Of a stretch of 64,000 bases of DNA, positions 1 through 8,063 are shown in pieces; position 1 is the first letter of the stretch, and each line of letters begins with the position of its first letter. The DNA comes from a virus. The stretch is taken from the IMG/VR virus record IMGVR_UViG_3300049027_000140, positions 1 to 64,000 of that record; one strand, written 5' to 3'. A program made the translations under genes and the position numbers. Below the pieces are notes generated by a model. It was given only the letters and a program-made list of their open reading frames with translations, was not told the origin of the DNA and made no database searches.

Positions 1-261
1 CCACACCTCCACCGCCACCACCGCCACCACCTCGTCGCCAACCCGCCCGTCATTCGAGTCGATCCACTCGACGTTCTGCCACACGGTGGCAAGTTCCTCG
101 CGGATGGCGTCGGCCCGCCGGAGCGCGTCGGCAGCCTCCTGCGTGCGCGCCGCTGCATCCTCATTCCCGAGCTCTCGCAAGCGCGCTTGCCATGCGCTCG
201 ATGTCGCCCACGCGGTCGCAGAACCCGAGCTCCGTGAACAGGTAGTTGTAGCTGCCGCCGC

Positions 262-648
262 TCACCCTTCATCCTCCTCGCCCAACGCCGCCGTCTCCAC
301 GTACGCGCTCGGCGCCAGCGGCTGCTCTCGCCTCAGCTTCACGGACGCCTTCATCTCGTCGAGCTTCGCCGGGTCGAGGCGCCACGCCTCCGCGTCGATC
401 GTGGCTAGCACCACCGCGCGAACCGCCTCCTCATCGTCCGGACGTCCAGCCTCGCTCCAGCGGCGCTGGATCTTAGCGTGCAGCGTCTCCTCCAGCGTCG
501 GCCTCAGCTCGACGGTCGCCGATCCGGGGATGATGTTGTAGAACACCGGGTGCGACGCGGCCACCACGCGACCACAGCGGACAGGCCACTGACTCTCCGG
601 GTGGCGGTGGACCTGCATCTCGAGGTGCCAGCGGCCGATGCCGCTCAC
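262..648 (-). CDS. hypothetical phage protein
   Basis: GTG start overlaps stop of upstream ORF (GTGA coupling); non-biased composition. Confidence 0.6.
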   Translation of the reverse strand: MSGIGRWHLEMQVHRHPESQWPVRCGRVVAASHPVFYNIIPGSATVELRPTLEETLHAKIQRRWSEAGRPDDEEAVRAVVLATIDAEAWRLDPAKLDEMKASVKLRREQPLAPSAYVETAALGEEDEG

Positions 649-971
649 CTTCGCACCTGCACGATCGCGTTCTGGTGGTTGTCCAGCAGCGCGAGGAGCC
701 GCCGCAGCGCCGGCAGGAGCTCCTCGTAGCTTCCGAAGCCGTTGGGCGGGTTCATGGCGCGGTAGACGTCCGGCTCGCGCTCGAGCGCCGCGATGCCCTC
801 GCGCAGCACCGCGGCGCACTCACTCGCTCTCTTCCCCTTGAAGCCGAGGAGGTCGCAGCCGGCGCGCCGCCACATCGGCGCCAGGTTGCTTGTGCAGTCC
901 CAGTCGTCGGTCTCGGGCAGCACGCCGCAGTGGGCGCAGCGCTCGTGCATCAGCGTGATTCGGTAGCTCAT
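645..971 (-). CDS. conserved phage hypothetical protein (TSNLxxMW...MNPxNGxGSYE type)
   Basis: ATGA coupling; motif TSNLAPMW...AMNPPNGFGSYEELL recalls a widespread small phage family. Confidence 0.7.
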   Translation of the reverse strand: MSYRITLMHERCAHCGVLPETDDWDCTSNLAPMWRRAGCDLLGFKGKRASECAAVLREGIAALEREPDVYRAMNPPNGFGSYEELLPALRRLLALLDNHQNAIVQVRR

Positions 972-1282
972 TCTCCGCCTCCAGCCTGCCGCAGCTTCGC
1001 CGCCAGCGCATCCGCTCGTCGCTCCGCAGCCTCTGCGCGCTTCGTCGCCTCGTCGTAGAGCTCCAGCAGTTCCTCCGGCTTCTCGTAGACGTAGCGGCGC
1101 ATCGGGTGGTGCTTGTCCGGACCCGGCGGCAGCTTGGCCCCGCAGAACGGGCAGAACTCGGCGGGCACATCTACCGCGCCGGTGCCGTCGATGTAGAGCG
1201 CCACGGTCCAGCGGAGGCCGGCCCAGCGCACGGTATCGGCCTCTTCGGCGGTCTGGCAGCATTGCGGGCGCGCGTCACCCAT
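968..1282 (-). CDS. hypothetical protein with CC...FCPFCG zinc-ribbon motif
   Basis: coupled ORF; CPFCG motif. Confidence 0.65.
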   Translation of the reverse strand: MGDARPQCCQTAEEADTVRWAGLRWTVALYIDGTGAVDVPAEFCPFCGAKLPPGPDKHHPMRRYVYEKPEELLELYDEATKRAEAAERRADALAAKLRQAGGGE

Positions 1283-1727
1283 GGTCCAGCACCTCCCGCG
1301 TCTCCTTCCACTCGACCGTCACCGCGACGCCGTGGCCAAAGGCGCCCGTCGCCTCCAGGAACGCTCCTACGCTGTCCCTGCGCGGTTCGCATGCGAGCTC
1401 GATCAGGATGGCGCCCGGCGCATGATGCCGCGCCGTGGCGTTGACCCCGCAGTGCAGCCGGGCCATCTCCTCCCACCAGCGCTTCCAACCGGCGCGGGGT
1501 GACGAGAGCGGCGGCTCGACGTCCTCTCCGATAGGCTCCCAGCGGGAGACGGTTCCGGCGATCTCCACGGCCAGCGTCGCGCTGCCGTCCTGCCAGGCCA
1601 CGCGCTGGAACGACATGCCGCGCTCGTCGCGCCCCTGCTCGGCCGCACGGGCCACCATCTCCCGCAGGTCAGGAGACCGCCACGCGCCACCAAGAGCCGC
1701 CCGCCGCATCACCTCGTCCAGGGTCAT
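1275..1727 (-). CDS. hypothetical protein
   Basis: ATG at 1727 coupled to upstream stop. Confidence 0.55.
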   Translation of the reverse strand: MTLDEVMRRAALGGAWRSPDLREMVARAAEQGRDERGMSFQRVAWQDGSATLAVEIAGTVSRWEPIGEDVEPPLSSPRAGWKRWWEEMARLHCGVNATARHHAPGAILIELACEPRRDSVGAFLEATGAFGHGVAVTVEWKETREVLDHG

Positions 1728-2047
1728 CTCGCCCTCCCCGCCGGCCCGTACTCCTTCGCCCGTTCCGCTGCCGTCCGCACGGCCTCGACGCGACCGGTGT
1801 GGTCCGTGGCCGCGAGTACGCCGTCCCGGAGCGCCATCCAGCCTTCCGGGCCGAGCTCGCCGGGGTGGCCAAGGTCCTCGAGCCACGCCGGCAACGCCGC
1901 TGCGTCGGTGCGGGCGCCGCGGAACCCGCACGGCTCCCACAGCCGGAGCACGGCGCCGTGGACGACGTCGGCCACCGCGAACACGATGCGCCCGACGGGA
2001 GCGAAGAAGACGTGGCCGACTGCGGGGGTGGTGGGCGGGTCAGGCAT
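1724..2047 (-). CDS. hypothetical protein
   Basis: part of coupled minus-strand chain. Confidence 0.55.
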   Translation of the reverse strand: MPDPPTTPAVGHVFFAPVGRIVFAVADVVHGAVLRLWEPCGFRGARTDAAALPAWLEDLGHPGELGPEGWMALRDGVLAATDHTGRVEAVRTAAERAKEYGPAGRAR

Positions 2048-2300
2048 CGACGCTCTCGCTCGCCGCCTCGCGCGGCACGTAGGTGAACCACCTCGTGAAC
2101 TCCCGGTCGGCGCTCGTGTATCGGCCGAGCGCCGCACGCGGCCAGAGCATGCCGAAGCTCAGCGCCGTGCGCGCGAGCCTCCGGCGCCTTGGCGATCGCA
2201 GCGACGCCGCCCGGAGCATGACGAGCCCGTAGGCATCGGGGTGATCCGGGTCGGCGCGGAAGACGCGCAGGCCGAGCGCGGGCGGCAGGATCTCGATCAT
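2040..2300 (-). CDS. hypothetical protein
   Basis: coupled ORF. Confidence 0.55.
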   Translation of the reverse strand: MIEILPPALGLRVFRADPDHPDAYGLVMLRAASLRSPRRRRLARTALSFGMLWPRAALGRYTSADREFTRWFTYVPREAASESVDA

Positions 2301-2521
2301 GGCGCCACCTTCAACCCCAACACCTCACGCCGCCAGCGCCGATCCTCGTCCGCCGTGATGCGCGATACCACGCCGCACCGACACGCCTCGTCCAGCGGAA
2401 ACGTGGGCACCTGGAAGTGCTCCATCAGCTCGCCGCACCCAGGGCACGCCCACACGTAGTGCTCCATGCAGACGTCGCAGTCGTTGGAGCCGTCGGCCAT
2501 GACGTCCATCGGTTCGCTCAC
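2297..2521 (-). CDS. small Cys-rich (zinc-binding) protein
   Basis: CxxC...CPGC...CxC; coupled. Confidence 0.6.
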   Translation of the reverse strand: MSEPMDVMADGSNDCDVCMEHYVWACPGCGELMEHFQVPTFPLDEACRCGVVSRITADEDRRWRREVLGLKVAP

Positions 2522-2853
2522 GGCACCACCTCACACCCCACGCGCCGAGCCAGCGCGAACGCCTCGTCCACCCGCGGCAGGTAGGCGATCTCCCGGTCCA
2601 CCGCCAGGCCGGCATCCGCCACGAGCACGACGCCCGCGCCGTCCCGCAGCAGGTAGCAGCGGCGCACGGGGCGAGCGAGACTCCAGCCGGCGACGGCGCC
2701 GAGGAGCAGGCCAGCAGCGAAGACGGCGAGCCCGCGACGAGAGGGGCCATGCCGGCGGAGCGTGCGCCCGAGCTGGTAGGCCGCCAGCGCGACACGCGGC
2801 CACACAAGCAGCGTCGGCACAGGCGGCGTTGGTCGATAGGGCGAACGCTTCAT
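2518..2853 (-). CDS. hypothetical membrane protein
   Basis: hydrophobic segment GLAVFAAGLLLGAVAGWSL. Confidence 0.55.
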   Translation of the reverse strand: MKRSPYRPTPPVPTLLVWPRVALAAYQLGRTLRRHGPSRRGLAVFAAGLLLGAVAGWSLARPVRRCYLLRDGAGVVLVADAGLAVDREIAYLPRVDEAFALARRVGCEVVP

Positions 2854-2890
2854 CGCAGCTCCGGGGAGCGCGCGCTCCCGTCCGATACCA

Positions 2891-2947
2891 TGTCTAGCTG
2901 ATGCCCATTGAGGCGCAAGGAAGAATCGACATGAGACATCATGTCTC
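2891..2947 (-). promoter_or_regulatory. putative sigma70 promoter (TTGCGC-16-TAGACA) with upstream palindrome GAGACAT-C-ATGTCTC
   Basis: AT-richer intergenic gap; -35 at 2913-2918, -10 at 2891-2896, palindrome 2933-2947. Confidence 0.45.
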
Positions 2948-2956
2948 GTCTGCGCT

Positions 2957-3106
2957 TCACGCCTCCACCTGTTCCTCAGGTGGCGACCACTCCAGCAGCC
3001 GCCGCGCCAGCTCTTCCAGAGCCGCGGCCCGCTCCGGTGCACTCCCCATCAGCGCGAGCGCCGCCAGGTCGGCCGGCTCCGCGTCGTCCAGCATGTCGAG
3101 CCACAT
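2957..3106 (-). CDS. 49-aa hypothetical protein (MWLDMLDDAEPADLAALALMG...)
   Basis: read manually; fills gap in the minus-strand chain. Confidence 0.45.
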   Translation of the reverse strand: MWLDMLDDAEPADLAALALMGSAPERAAALEELARRLLEWSPPEEQVEA

Positions 3107-3112
3107 GACCGA

Positions 3113-3328
3113 TCACCCCGCGGTCACCACCTCGACGGGCTCCCAGCGCTCGCCGGTGTCAAAGCTGTGCGCCGTCTTGTCGCCGAACCTCTCGCCCCAC
3201 AGCCAGCGCCGCGGGCTCAGGTAGAGCCGGCCGAGCACGAGTTCCTTCCCTGGCTGGAGTGCCGCGATTGCACGGCACGTCTCCAGCGCCTGCTCCTTCG
3301 TCCTGCCCCACGCATCCGTCGTCTTCAT
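3113..3328 (-). CDS. hypothetical protein
   Basis: strong RBS AGGAGG upstream of ATG 3328. Confidence 0.65.
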   Translation of the reverse strand: MKTTDAWGRTKEQALETCRAIAALQPGKELVLGRLYLSPRRWLWGERFGDKTAHSFDTGERWEPVEVVTAG

Positions 3329-3452
3329 GACCTCGGCTCCTCCTAACGGACCAAGGCCGGCGTCGCTCCTCGGAGCGACCCGACCAGGGTCCAGCTCGGC
3401 GCCTCCCGTGTTATCCAGTCGAGACGACGGGGGCCTTGCGGCCCCCTCCGTC

Positions 3453-3626
3453 TCAGCTCCAGGTTTTCGCGATCTCCGCCTTGATCTGCTCGGCCTGGGC
3501 GCCGCTCGCCCTCTCCAGCATCGCCTCAAGGATCCACCGTACCCTCACCCGCTCCGGAAGCGCCTCCGCCTTCGCCTTGCCGCCCGCCCGAACCACCATC
3601 GCCTTGTGTGCCGCGCCGTCGTTCAT
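3453..3626 (-). CDS. 57-aa hypothetical protein, leaderless (MNDGAAHKAMVVRAGG...)
   Basis: ATG 6 nt downstream of TATAAC -10 box. Confidence 0.6.
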   Translation of the reverse strand: MNDGAAHKAMVVRAGGKAKAEALPERVRVRWILEAMLERASGAQAEQIKAEIAKTWS

Positions 3627-3632
3627 GTGTTA

Positions 3633-3661
3633 GTTATACGTCGCGACGTATTACCGGTCAA
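3633..3661 (-). promoter_or_regulatory. sigma70 promoter TTGACC-17-TATAAC containing operator ATACGTCGCGACGTAT (3636-3651)
   Basis: near-consensus hexamers, 17-bp spacer, perfect 16-bp palindrome repeated at 4412 and 4560. Confidence 0.8.
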
Positions 3662-3854
3662 GCCCTGTGTTGGGATGGTCGGTCGTTTTTTTGAGGCGCA
3701 TCGCCAGCGGCTCAAGCCGCCGCGCTGGCCCGGTGCCCGGCCGCCCTTGCCCCCCCGCCGCCTCGGCCACCTTCAAGCACTCGGCCTCCAGCCGCGCCTG
3801 CTTGCTGATGGCGGACTGGCTCGCGCCAGAGTGCCAGCCATCAGGCGCGCTGAC

Positions 3855-4058
3855 TCAGGTCCCGATCGCTGCGAGGTCCGCCTCCAGCTTCCGCGCCGTG
3901 GCGCGCCACATGCCCGCGTCTCCGGCATCCTCGTCGGCGGCTCCGCGCCAGACTCCGGCGGCTCCGCGACTCTTCGTCTTCATGGCGCGCAGCCCGTTGC
4001 GGGTCGCCGATACCTCGCTATCGAACGCAAGCTCCTCGTACAGTGCGATTGTGCTCAT
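3855..4058 (-). CDS. hypothetical protein
   Basis: RBS AGGAGG upstream of ATG 4058. Confidence 0.6.
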   Translation of the reverse strand: MSTIALYEELAFDSEVSATRNGLRAMKTKSRGAAGVWRGAADEDAGDAGMWRATARKLEADLAAIGT

Positions 4059-4114
4059 CGTGTCCTCCTGACGCCGAAGGCCCGCCGAGTCTCCCCGGCG
4101 GGCCGCTGTGCTTC

Positions 4115-4402
4115 TCAGATCCGCCCGGCCATCCACCCGCGGAGCGCCGAGGCGATCGCCCGCCCCTGGTGGACGTACTGGCTGCCCTCCTCGCAGGGGC
4201 GGCGGAGCTCCGCCAGCGTCGTCTTCCCGCGGGAGCCGCCAGCCCAGAAGAGGCGGAGCGTATCGCCCATCTCGACCTTGCCGCCCTTGCGGAAGAAGTA
4301 GGCGCGGACCTCGCTCTTGCCGACCCGGACGCTGACCTCACCGAGCCCGTCCGCCTCGATGATCATCGCCGTCTGCACCGTGACCGCCGCGCCGCTCTCC
4401 AT
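4115..4402 (-). CDS. hypothetical protein, leaderless
   Basis: ATG 6 nt after -10 box; followed by GC hairpin 4079-4104. Confidence 0.65.
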   Translation of the reverse strand: MESGAAVTVQTAMIIEADGLGEVSVRVGKSEVRAYFFRKGGKVEMGDTLRLFWAGGSRGKTTLAELRRPCEEGSQYVHQGRAIASALRGWMAGRI

Positions 4403-4408
4403 ACCCAA

Positions 4409-4437
4409 TCTATACGTCGCGACGTATAACCGCGCAA
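4409..4437 (-). promoter_or_regulatory. sigma70 promoter TTGCGC-17-TATAGA with operator TATACGTCGCGACGTATA (4411-4428)
   Basis: 18-bp perfect palindrome in spacer/-10. Confidence 0.75.
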
Positions 4438-4549
4438 GTGCTGTTTCCGGTCGACGCGTCGTTTTTTTTGGGCGGGGCCTCCGGCGCGGCATACCGCCGC
4501 GTCCACGTCGGCCTCGTCCAGGAATCGACCGCCGCCTCGCAAACAGCAC

Positions 4550-4578
4550 TTGCGCGACCATACGTCGCGACGTATCAT
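4550..4578 (+). promoter_or_regulatory. sigma70 promoter TTGCGC-17-TATCAT with operator ATACGTCGCGACGTAT (4560-4575)
   Basis: third copy of same palindrome; divergent from 4409-4437 promoter. Confidence 0.8.
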
Positions 4579-4585
4579 GGTCTGC

Positions 4586-4798
4586 ATGAAGACGACGCGG
4601 GCGGGCGAGATCAAGGCGGCGGTGGCGACGGCGAAGACGGTGGAGCGGATCGGGGCGCGGACGTTCCAGGCGACGTTCCGCACCGACGACGCGGCGAAGG
4701 CGGCGGCCGTGGCCCTGAAGAAGGCCGGCTGCACCGCCATGGCCGCCTACAGCGCCAGGTTCGGGCAGGACGCCTTCGTGCAGTTCACGGCAGCCTGA
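4586..4798 (+). CDS. 70-aa hypothetical protein, leaderless
   Basis: ATG 7 nt after TATCAT; followed by hairpin 4818-4853. Confidence 0.7.
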   Translation: MKTTRAGEIKAAVATAKTVERIGARTFQATFRTDDAAKAAAVALKKAGCTAMAAYSARFGQDAFVQFTAA

Positions 4799-4869
4799 GC
4801 GGCGGCCAGGCGGCGCCAGCCCCGGAGCTCGGCGGAGACGCCGACCCGGGGCTTCGCCGCTCGAGGACC

Positions 4870-5178
4870 ATGAGCAAGACGACCAAGAGCATCACCGAGC
4901 AGATCCGCGAGGCCGTCGCGGCCTGCGGCTCCCAGGCGGAGGCGCTCCGGCGCATCCAGGCGACCGGCAGCAAGCTCACGCAGCCGCTCCTGTCGGCCAT
5001 CATGGGCGGGCAGACGCCGAGCCTGACCACCCTGCGGGACGTCGCCCGCGCCACCGGCTACCGGTTCGAGGTCGCAGGGGAGACCGAGCTCGGCACCAGC
5101 CGGGAGAAGCGACCGTCGGAGGAACCCGTGGGGACGGCCGCCGAGGCGAAGAGGCGCGGGCGACCGGTGCGCGCATGA
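4870..5178 (+). CDS. XRE/Cro-family helix-turn-helix regulator
   Basis: SQAEALRRI...LTQPLLSAIMGGQTPSLTTLRDVARATG HTH pattern; RBS GAGG. Confidence 0.75.
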   Translation: MSKTTKSITEQIREAVAACGSQAEALRRIQATGSKLTQPLLSAIMGGQTPSLTTLRDVARATGYRFEVAGETELGTSREKRPSEEPVGTAAEAKRRGRPVRA

Positions 5179-5441
5179 CAGCTCGCGCGGGGTTCGACGA
5201 GCAGGCGCTGGACGATGTGGCGGCCGCTGCAATGGGCGAGGAAGACCCGATCGCCGCCGTGGACGCGGTGGCTCACGCCGTCCGCGAGCGCGTCCTGCGC
5301 GAGGCCCTCCTCGCCGAGAGTTGGAACCTAAACGCGGCCGCCCGTCGTCTGCGGAGACGGACGTCGACCGTGCAGTACGCGCTGGAGCGCACCTACCCCG
5401 CGCTCAACGCCGAGCGTCTCCGGCGCCTGAAGGGCCGGTAG
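5175..5441 (+). CDS. Fis-type HTH protein
   Basis: ERVLREALLAESWNLNAAARRLRRRTSTVQYAL resembles Fis/HTH_8. Confidence 0.65.
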   Translation: MTARAGFDEQALDDVAAAAMGEEDPIAAVDAVAHAVRERVLREALLAESWNLNAAARRLRRRTSTVQYALERTYPALNAERLRRLKGR

Positions 5442-5443
5442 AC

Positions 5444-6223
5444 CTACCTCGCCAGAGGGCGCTGCTTCCGCGGCTGCGTCGATTTGTCTTGACAAGTTTT
5501 CGCGGCTCTCCCCCTACTACCCCCGTCCCTGCTGGCGCTGACCTCACCGTACGAGCCTCCACCGTCACCGGGCTCCGAGAGGGACGCGAGCTTCGCCCGG
5601 CCACGAGCCACCGCAGCGTCAATCGCCGCCTGTAGCGCCGCCTCCGCTGCCCGGATGCGCTCGATGCGGAGCTCCCAAGCCGCCCGCGACCAGTGCCTCA
5701 GCTTTGAGGGCAGCGGAGCTCCCGGCGTCGGGTCGGCGCCGATGCGCTCTCGCTCTCGAGCCACACGGGCCAGCGCGAGCGGCACCGCGCGATCCTCGGT
5801 GCGGTTCCGGCACGACGGCAGCGTCAGCCGCGCGCAGACGCGACAGCGCAGGCCCGGGCCGTCGAGGTAGAGCCTCGCGACGCGGCGACCGCAGCCAGGG
5901 CACGCCGCGTGGAGCTGGACGCCGCCGCCGGGACGTCGGGACACGAGAACCTGGAGCACGGGGCCGCCAGAGAGGACGAGCCGCCGCCCATCGATGTCGA
6001 GCTCGCCTCTGGCCCCTGGCAGCCCCCTCAGCGCGGCGTGAGCGATGGCCGAGACGTCGAACACCTGGAGCTCGGTCGTGAGCCGCCTCGAGCCGTACGG
6101 AGCCCGCGGAGGCCGATCTGAAACGGTGGCCGGCCGCCGGAGCCATGACGCCACTGCGCACCGCGTCACGCCGACATCTGTTACCAGTCCGGTCACAGTT
6201 TCCGCCCGCCGCGGTTCACCCAT
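5444..6223 (-). CDS. zinc-finger hypothetical protein of mobile elements (CPxCGRRVxxLY...CRxC)
   Basis: GGGVQLHAACPGCGRRVARLYLDGPGLRCRVCARLTLPS motif; start uncertain. Confidence 0.6.
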   Translation of the reverse strand: MGEPRRAETVTGLVTDVGVTRCAVASWLRRPATVSDRPPRAPYGSRRLTTELQVFDVSAIAHAALRGLPGARGELDIDGRRLVLSGGPVLQVLVSRRPGGGVQLHAACPGCGRRVARLYLDGPGLRCRVCARLTLPSCRNRTEDRAVPLALARVARERERIGADPTPGAPLPSKLRHWSRAAWELRIERIRAAEAALQAAIDAAVARGRAKLASLSEPGDGGGSYGEVSASRDGGSRGRAAKTCQDKSTQPRKQRPLAR

Positions 6224-6226
6224 CTG

Positions 6227-6655
6227 CTACTCCGCTGGTAACAGTTTCGCGTCCCCGTCCGGCTCGACCCACCGCTCCGAGGGCCTGTCCGTCGACTCGA
6301 TCGCCGTCCCACACCTGCCGCGGCGGCCATCCGCCAGCGCCATCAGCGCCGACATCGCCTCCCGCTGCCTTCCAGCTTCCGCCGTCCCCGCTCCCGTCAG
6401 CCTGTACAGCTTCCTCGGCTTCCCACCGAGGTCCGCCCGCGGCTGCTCGCCGGCCGGCTCGATGAGCTGCTGCTCGAGCAGCCCCGTGATCGCTCCGGTG
6501 ACGTTCCCCCGGCTCAGCCGCATGCCGGTCGCCTCCTCCACGCGCTGACGGATCCCGTCCGCCCAGCAGGGCCCGGCGGCGAGCGCCTGCATTACGGCGA
6601 CCTGCGCCGGCACGACGAGTGCACCATCTCGGCGCTGACCCTTCCGGGCGGTCAC
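6227..6655 (-). CDS. PadR-family winged-helix transcriptional regulator
   Basis: VMQALAAGPCWADGIRQRVEE...GKPRKLYRLTGAG. Confidence 0.8.
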   Translation of the reverse strand: MTARKGQRRDGALVVPAQVAVMQALAAGPCWADGIRQRVEEATGMRLSRGNVTGAITGLLEQQLIEPAGEQPRADLGGKPRKLYRLTGAGTAEAGRQREAMSALMALADGRRGRCGTAIESTDRPSERWVEPDGDAKLLPAE

Positions 6656-6668
6656 GTGGCGGGCGCCG

Positions 6669-6902
6669 TCACGCGGCCACCTCGATCGCGTACAGCACGA
6701 ACCCGAGCTCCTCCGCGCTGAGCGGCTTGCCGTCGCGGACCTTCGCCCGGACGGTCTCGCGCCAGATGCGGGCCTGCTCCTCGCGCCGCGCCAGATCGGC
6801 CAGCAGGTCGGTCTCCGTTGCGCCCCCGAGCACGACCCGCTCCAGCAGCACCTGCGGGTGGAGCGCCTGCCCGGGCGGCGGCTTGATGGTCTGCCTGTCC
6901 AT
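6669..6902 (-). CDS. hypothetical protein, leaderless
   Basis: ATG 6 nt after TACCAT -10. Confidence 0.6.
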   Translation of the reverse strand: MDRQTIKPPPGQALHPQVLLERVVLGGATETDLLADLARREEQARIWRETVRAKVRDGKPLSAEELGFVLYAIEVAA

Positions 6903-6908
6903 GCGCGC

Positions 6909-6936
6909 ATGGTAGCGCCAGTTTAAGGCGGAGCAA
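6909..6936 (-). promoter_or_regulatory. putative promoter TTGCTC-16-TACCAT
   Basis: hexamers at 6931-6936 and 6909-6914; AAACTGG direct repeat at 6918-6924 and 6940-6946. Confidence 0.55.
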
Positions 6937-7036
6937 TGCCCAGTTTGGGGCGATGGACCCACCGTGTCGCTCCCGCCGGAAGCGCCGGCGTGCTACCCGA
7001 CGAGCGCCGGGCTGGACGCCCGACAGAAGGAGACCT

Positions 7037-7315
7037 GTGGCAGTCACCTACAACAGCGACGACGACACGTACGAGCTTCGCGGCCAGAAGTACCGCGTGA
7101 CGGCGAAGCGCTTGGACAAGGACATCACCCAGTTGAGCATCGTTCGGGCCTCTGGCGGTGTCGCCACCACCGTGACGGTGGCCGAACTACCAGATGGCGC
7201 GAGGATGCCGTCGTGGGACACCGGAAGCGATGTCACCCTCGAATGGGAGGACGCGAAGAGCATCTACAGGGTCTGGCGGGAGCGCAACGAGCCGGAGCCA
7301 CCGGCCCAGGTCTGA
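7037..7315 (+). CDS. hypothetical protein (opposite-strand moron-like)
   Basis: AAGGAG RBS before GTG; lower GC. Confidence 0.7.
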   Translation: MAVTYNSDDDTYELRGQKYRVTAKRLDKDITQLSIVRASGGVATTVTVAELPDGARMPSWDTGSDVTLEWEDAKSIYRVWRERNEPEPPAQV

Positions 7316-7316
7316 G

Positions 7317-7679
7317 TCAGCCGCCCAATGCCTTCCCTCGCTTCTGGTCGCGCCAGGCCCGCACCGTCGTCCGGCAACGGAGGCAGCCGAACGTGAAGAA
7401 GACCGCGGCGACGCCGCACCCGGCTCCAAGCACGTCTGGAGCGCGGACGTCCGTCGACGCCGCCCACGCGGCGAATAGGACCACCGCGCTCCATGTGCCC
7501 ACGGCCGCCGCGAACCAGTTCCCCGACTCGCGGTCCGCCTCGCGGAACTCCTCCTCCAGCACCAGATGCGGCGCCTTCGGCTTCTTCTCGACCGGCACCG
7601 CATCCCTCGCGCCCGCCGTCCGGTAGTCGCCCACGCTCACCGCCTGCCCGCAGGCGGCGCAGGTCTTCGCTTCAGCCAT
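7317..7679 (-). CDS. membrane protein with N-terminal CxxC
   Basis: two hydrophobic segments; GGAGG RBS. Confidence 0.65.
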   Translation of the reverse strand: MAEAKTCAACGQAVSVGDYRTAGARDAVPVEKKPKAPHLVLEEEFREADRESGNWFAAAVGTWSAVVLFAAWAASTDVRAPDVLGAGCGVAAVFFTFGCLRCRTTVRAWRDQKRGKALGG

Positions 7680-7771
7680 CCGCTATCCTCCGCGCCCCGA
7701 TCCGAATCACCACCATCAGGCTCCCAGACACATAGCGATGTGGACGGCGCCCTCGTCGCTGCGGCCCGACC

Positions 7772-8011
7772 ATGCTCGCCCATTCGCGGGCCTCCAGTGG
7801 CGACCAGAAGGTGCCTGTGCTTCTCGAGCTCGTTCTTGCCCTGTCCATCGTGTTCGCCTTCACGTTCCTTGTCGCCATCGTCCCGGTCATCCTCTGCGGC
7901 AATCCGCGACGCGGCTCTCGCCGCTGGCGGATCGACCAGTCGGCCCTGTTCCAGATGCTCGCCAAGGTGGCCTGCGCCGCAATCGCGGCGTGGGCTAAGA
8001 CGAAGCTGTAG
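7772..8011 (+). CDS. small membrane protein (opposite strand)
   Basis: long TM segment VLLELVLALSIVFAFTFLVAIVPVIL; start may be GTG near 7811. Confidence 0.5.
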   Translation: MLAHSRASSGDQKVPVLLELVLALSIVFAFTFLVAIVPVILCGNPRRGSRRWRIDQSALFQMLAKVACAAIAAWAKTKL

Positions 8012-8063
8012 CTGCTCGAAGGCGGCCGTGGTCGCGCTCCGCATCGGGGAAGCCGCGGCCGCC

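Noticed and set aside
3348-3454. Ribozyme or riboswitch
   Set aside because: Hairpins are present but I could not find conserved cores (e.g. hammerhead CUGAnGA/GAAA); an Infernal search would be needed
5484-5495. Palindrome TTGTC-TT-GACAA as promoter or repressor operator
   Set aside because: Single copy, no properly spaced -10, only partial similarity to the immunity-region sites
6162-6198. Second att site (GTCAC/GTTAC repeats resembling integrase arm sites)
   Set aside because: Matches are short and degenerate, with no tRNA-like core or second recombinase nearby
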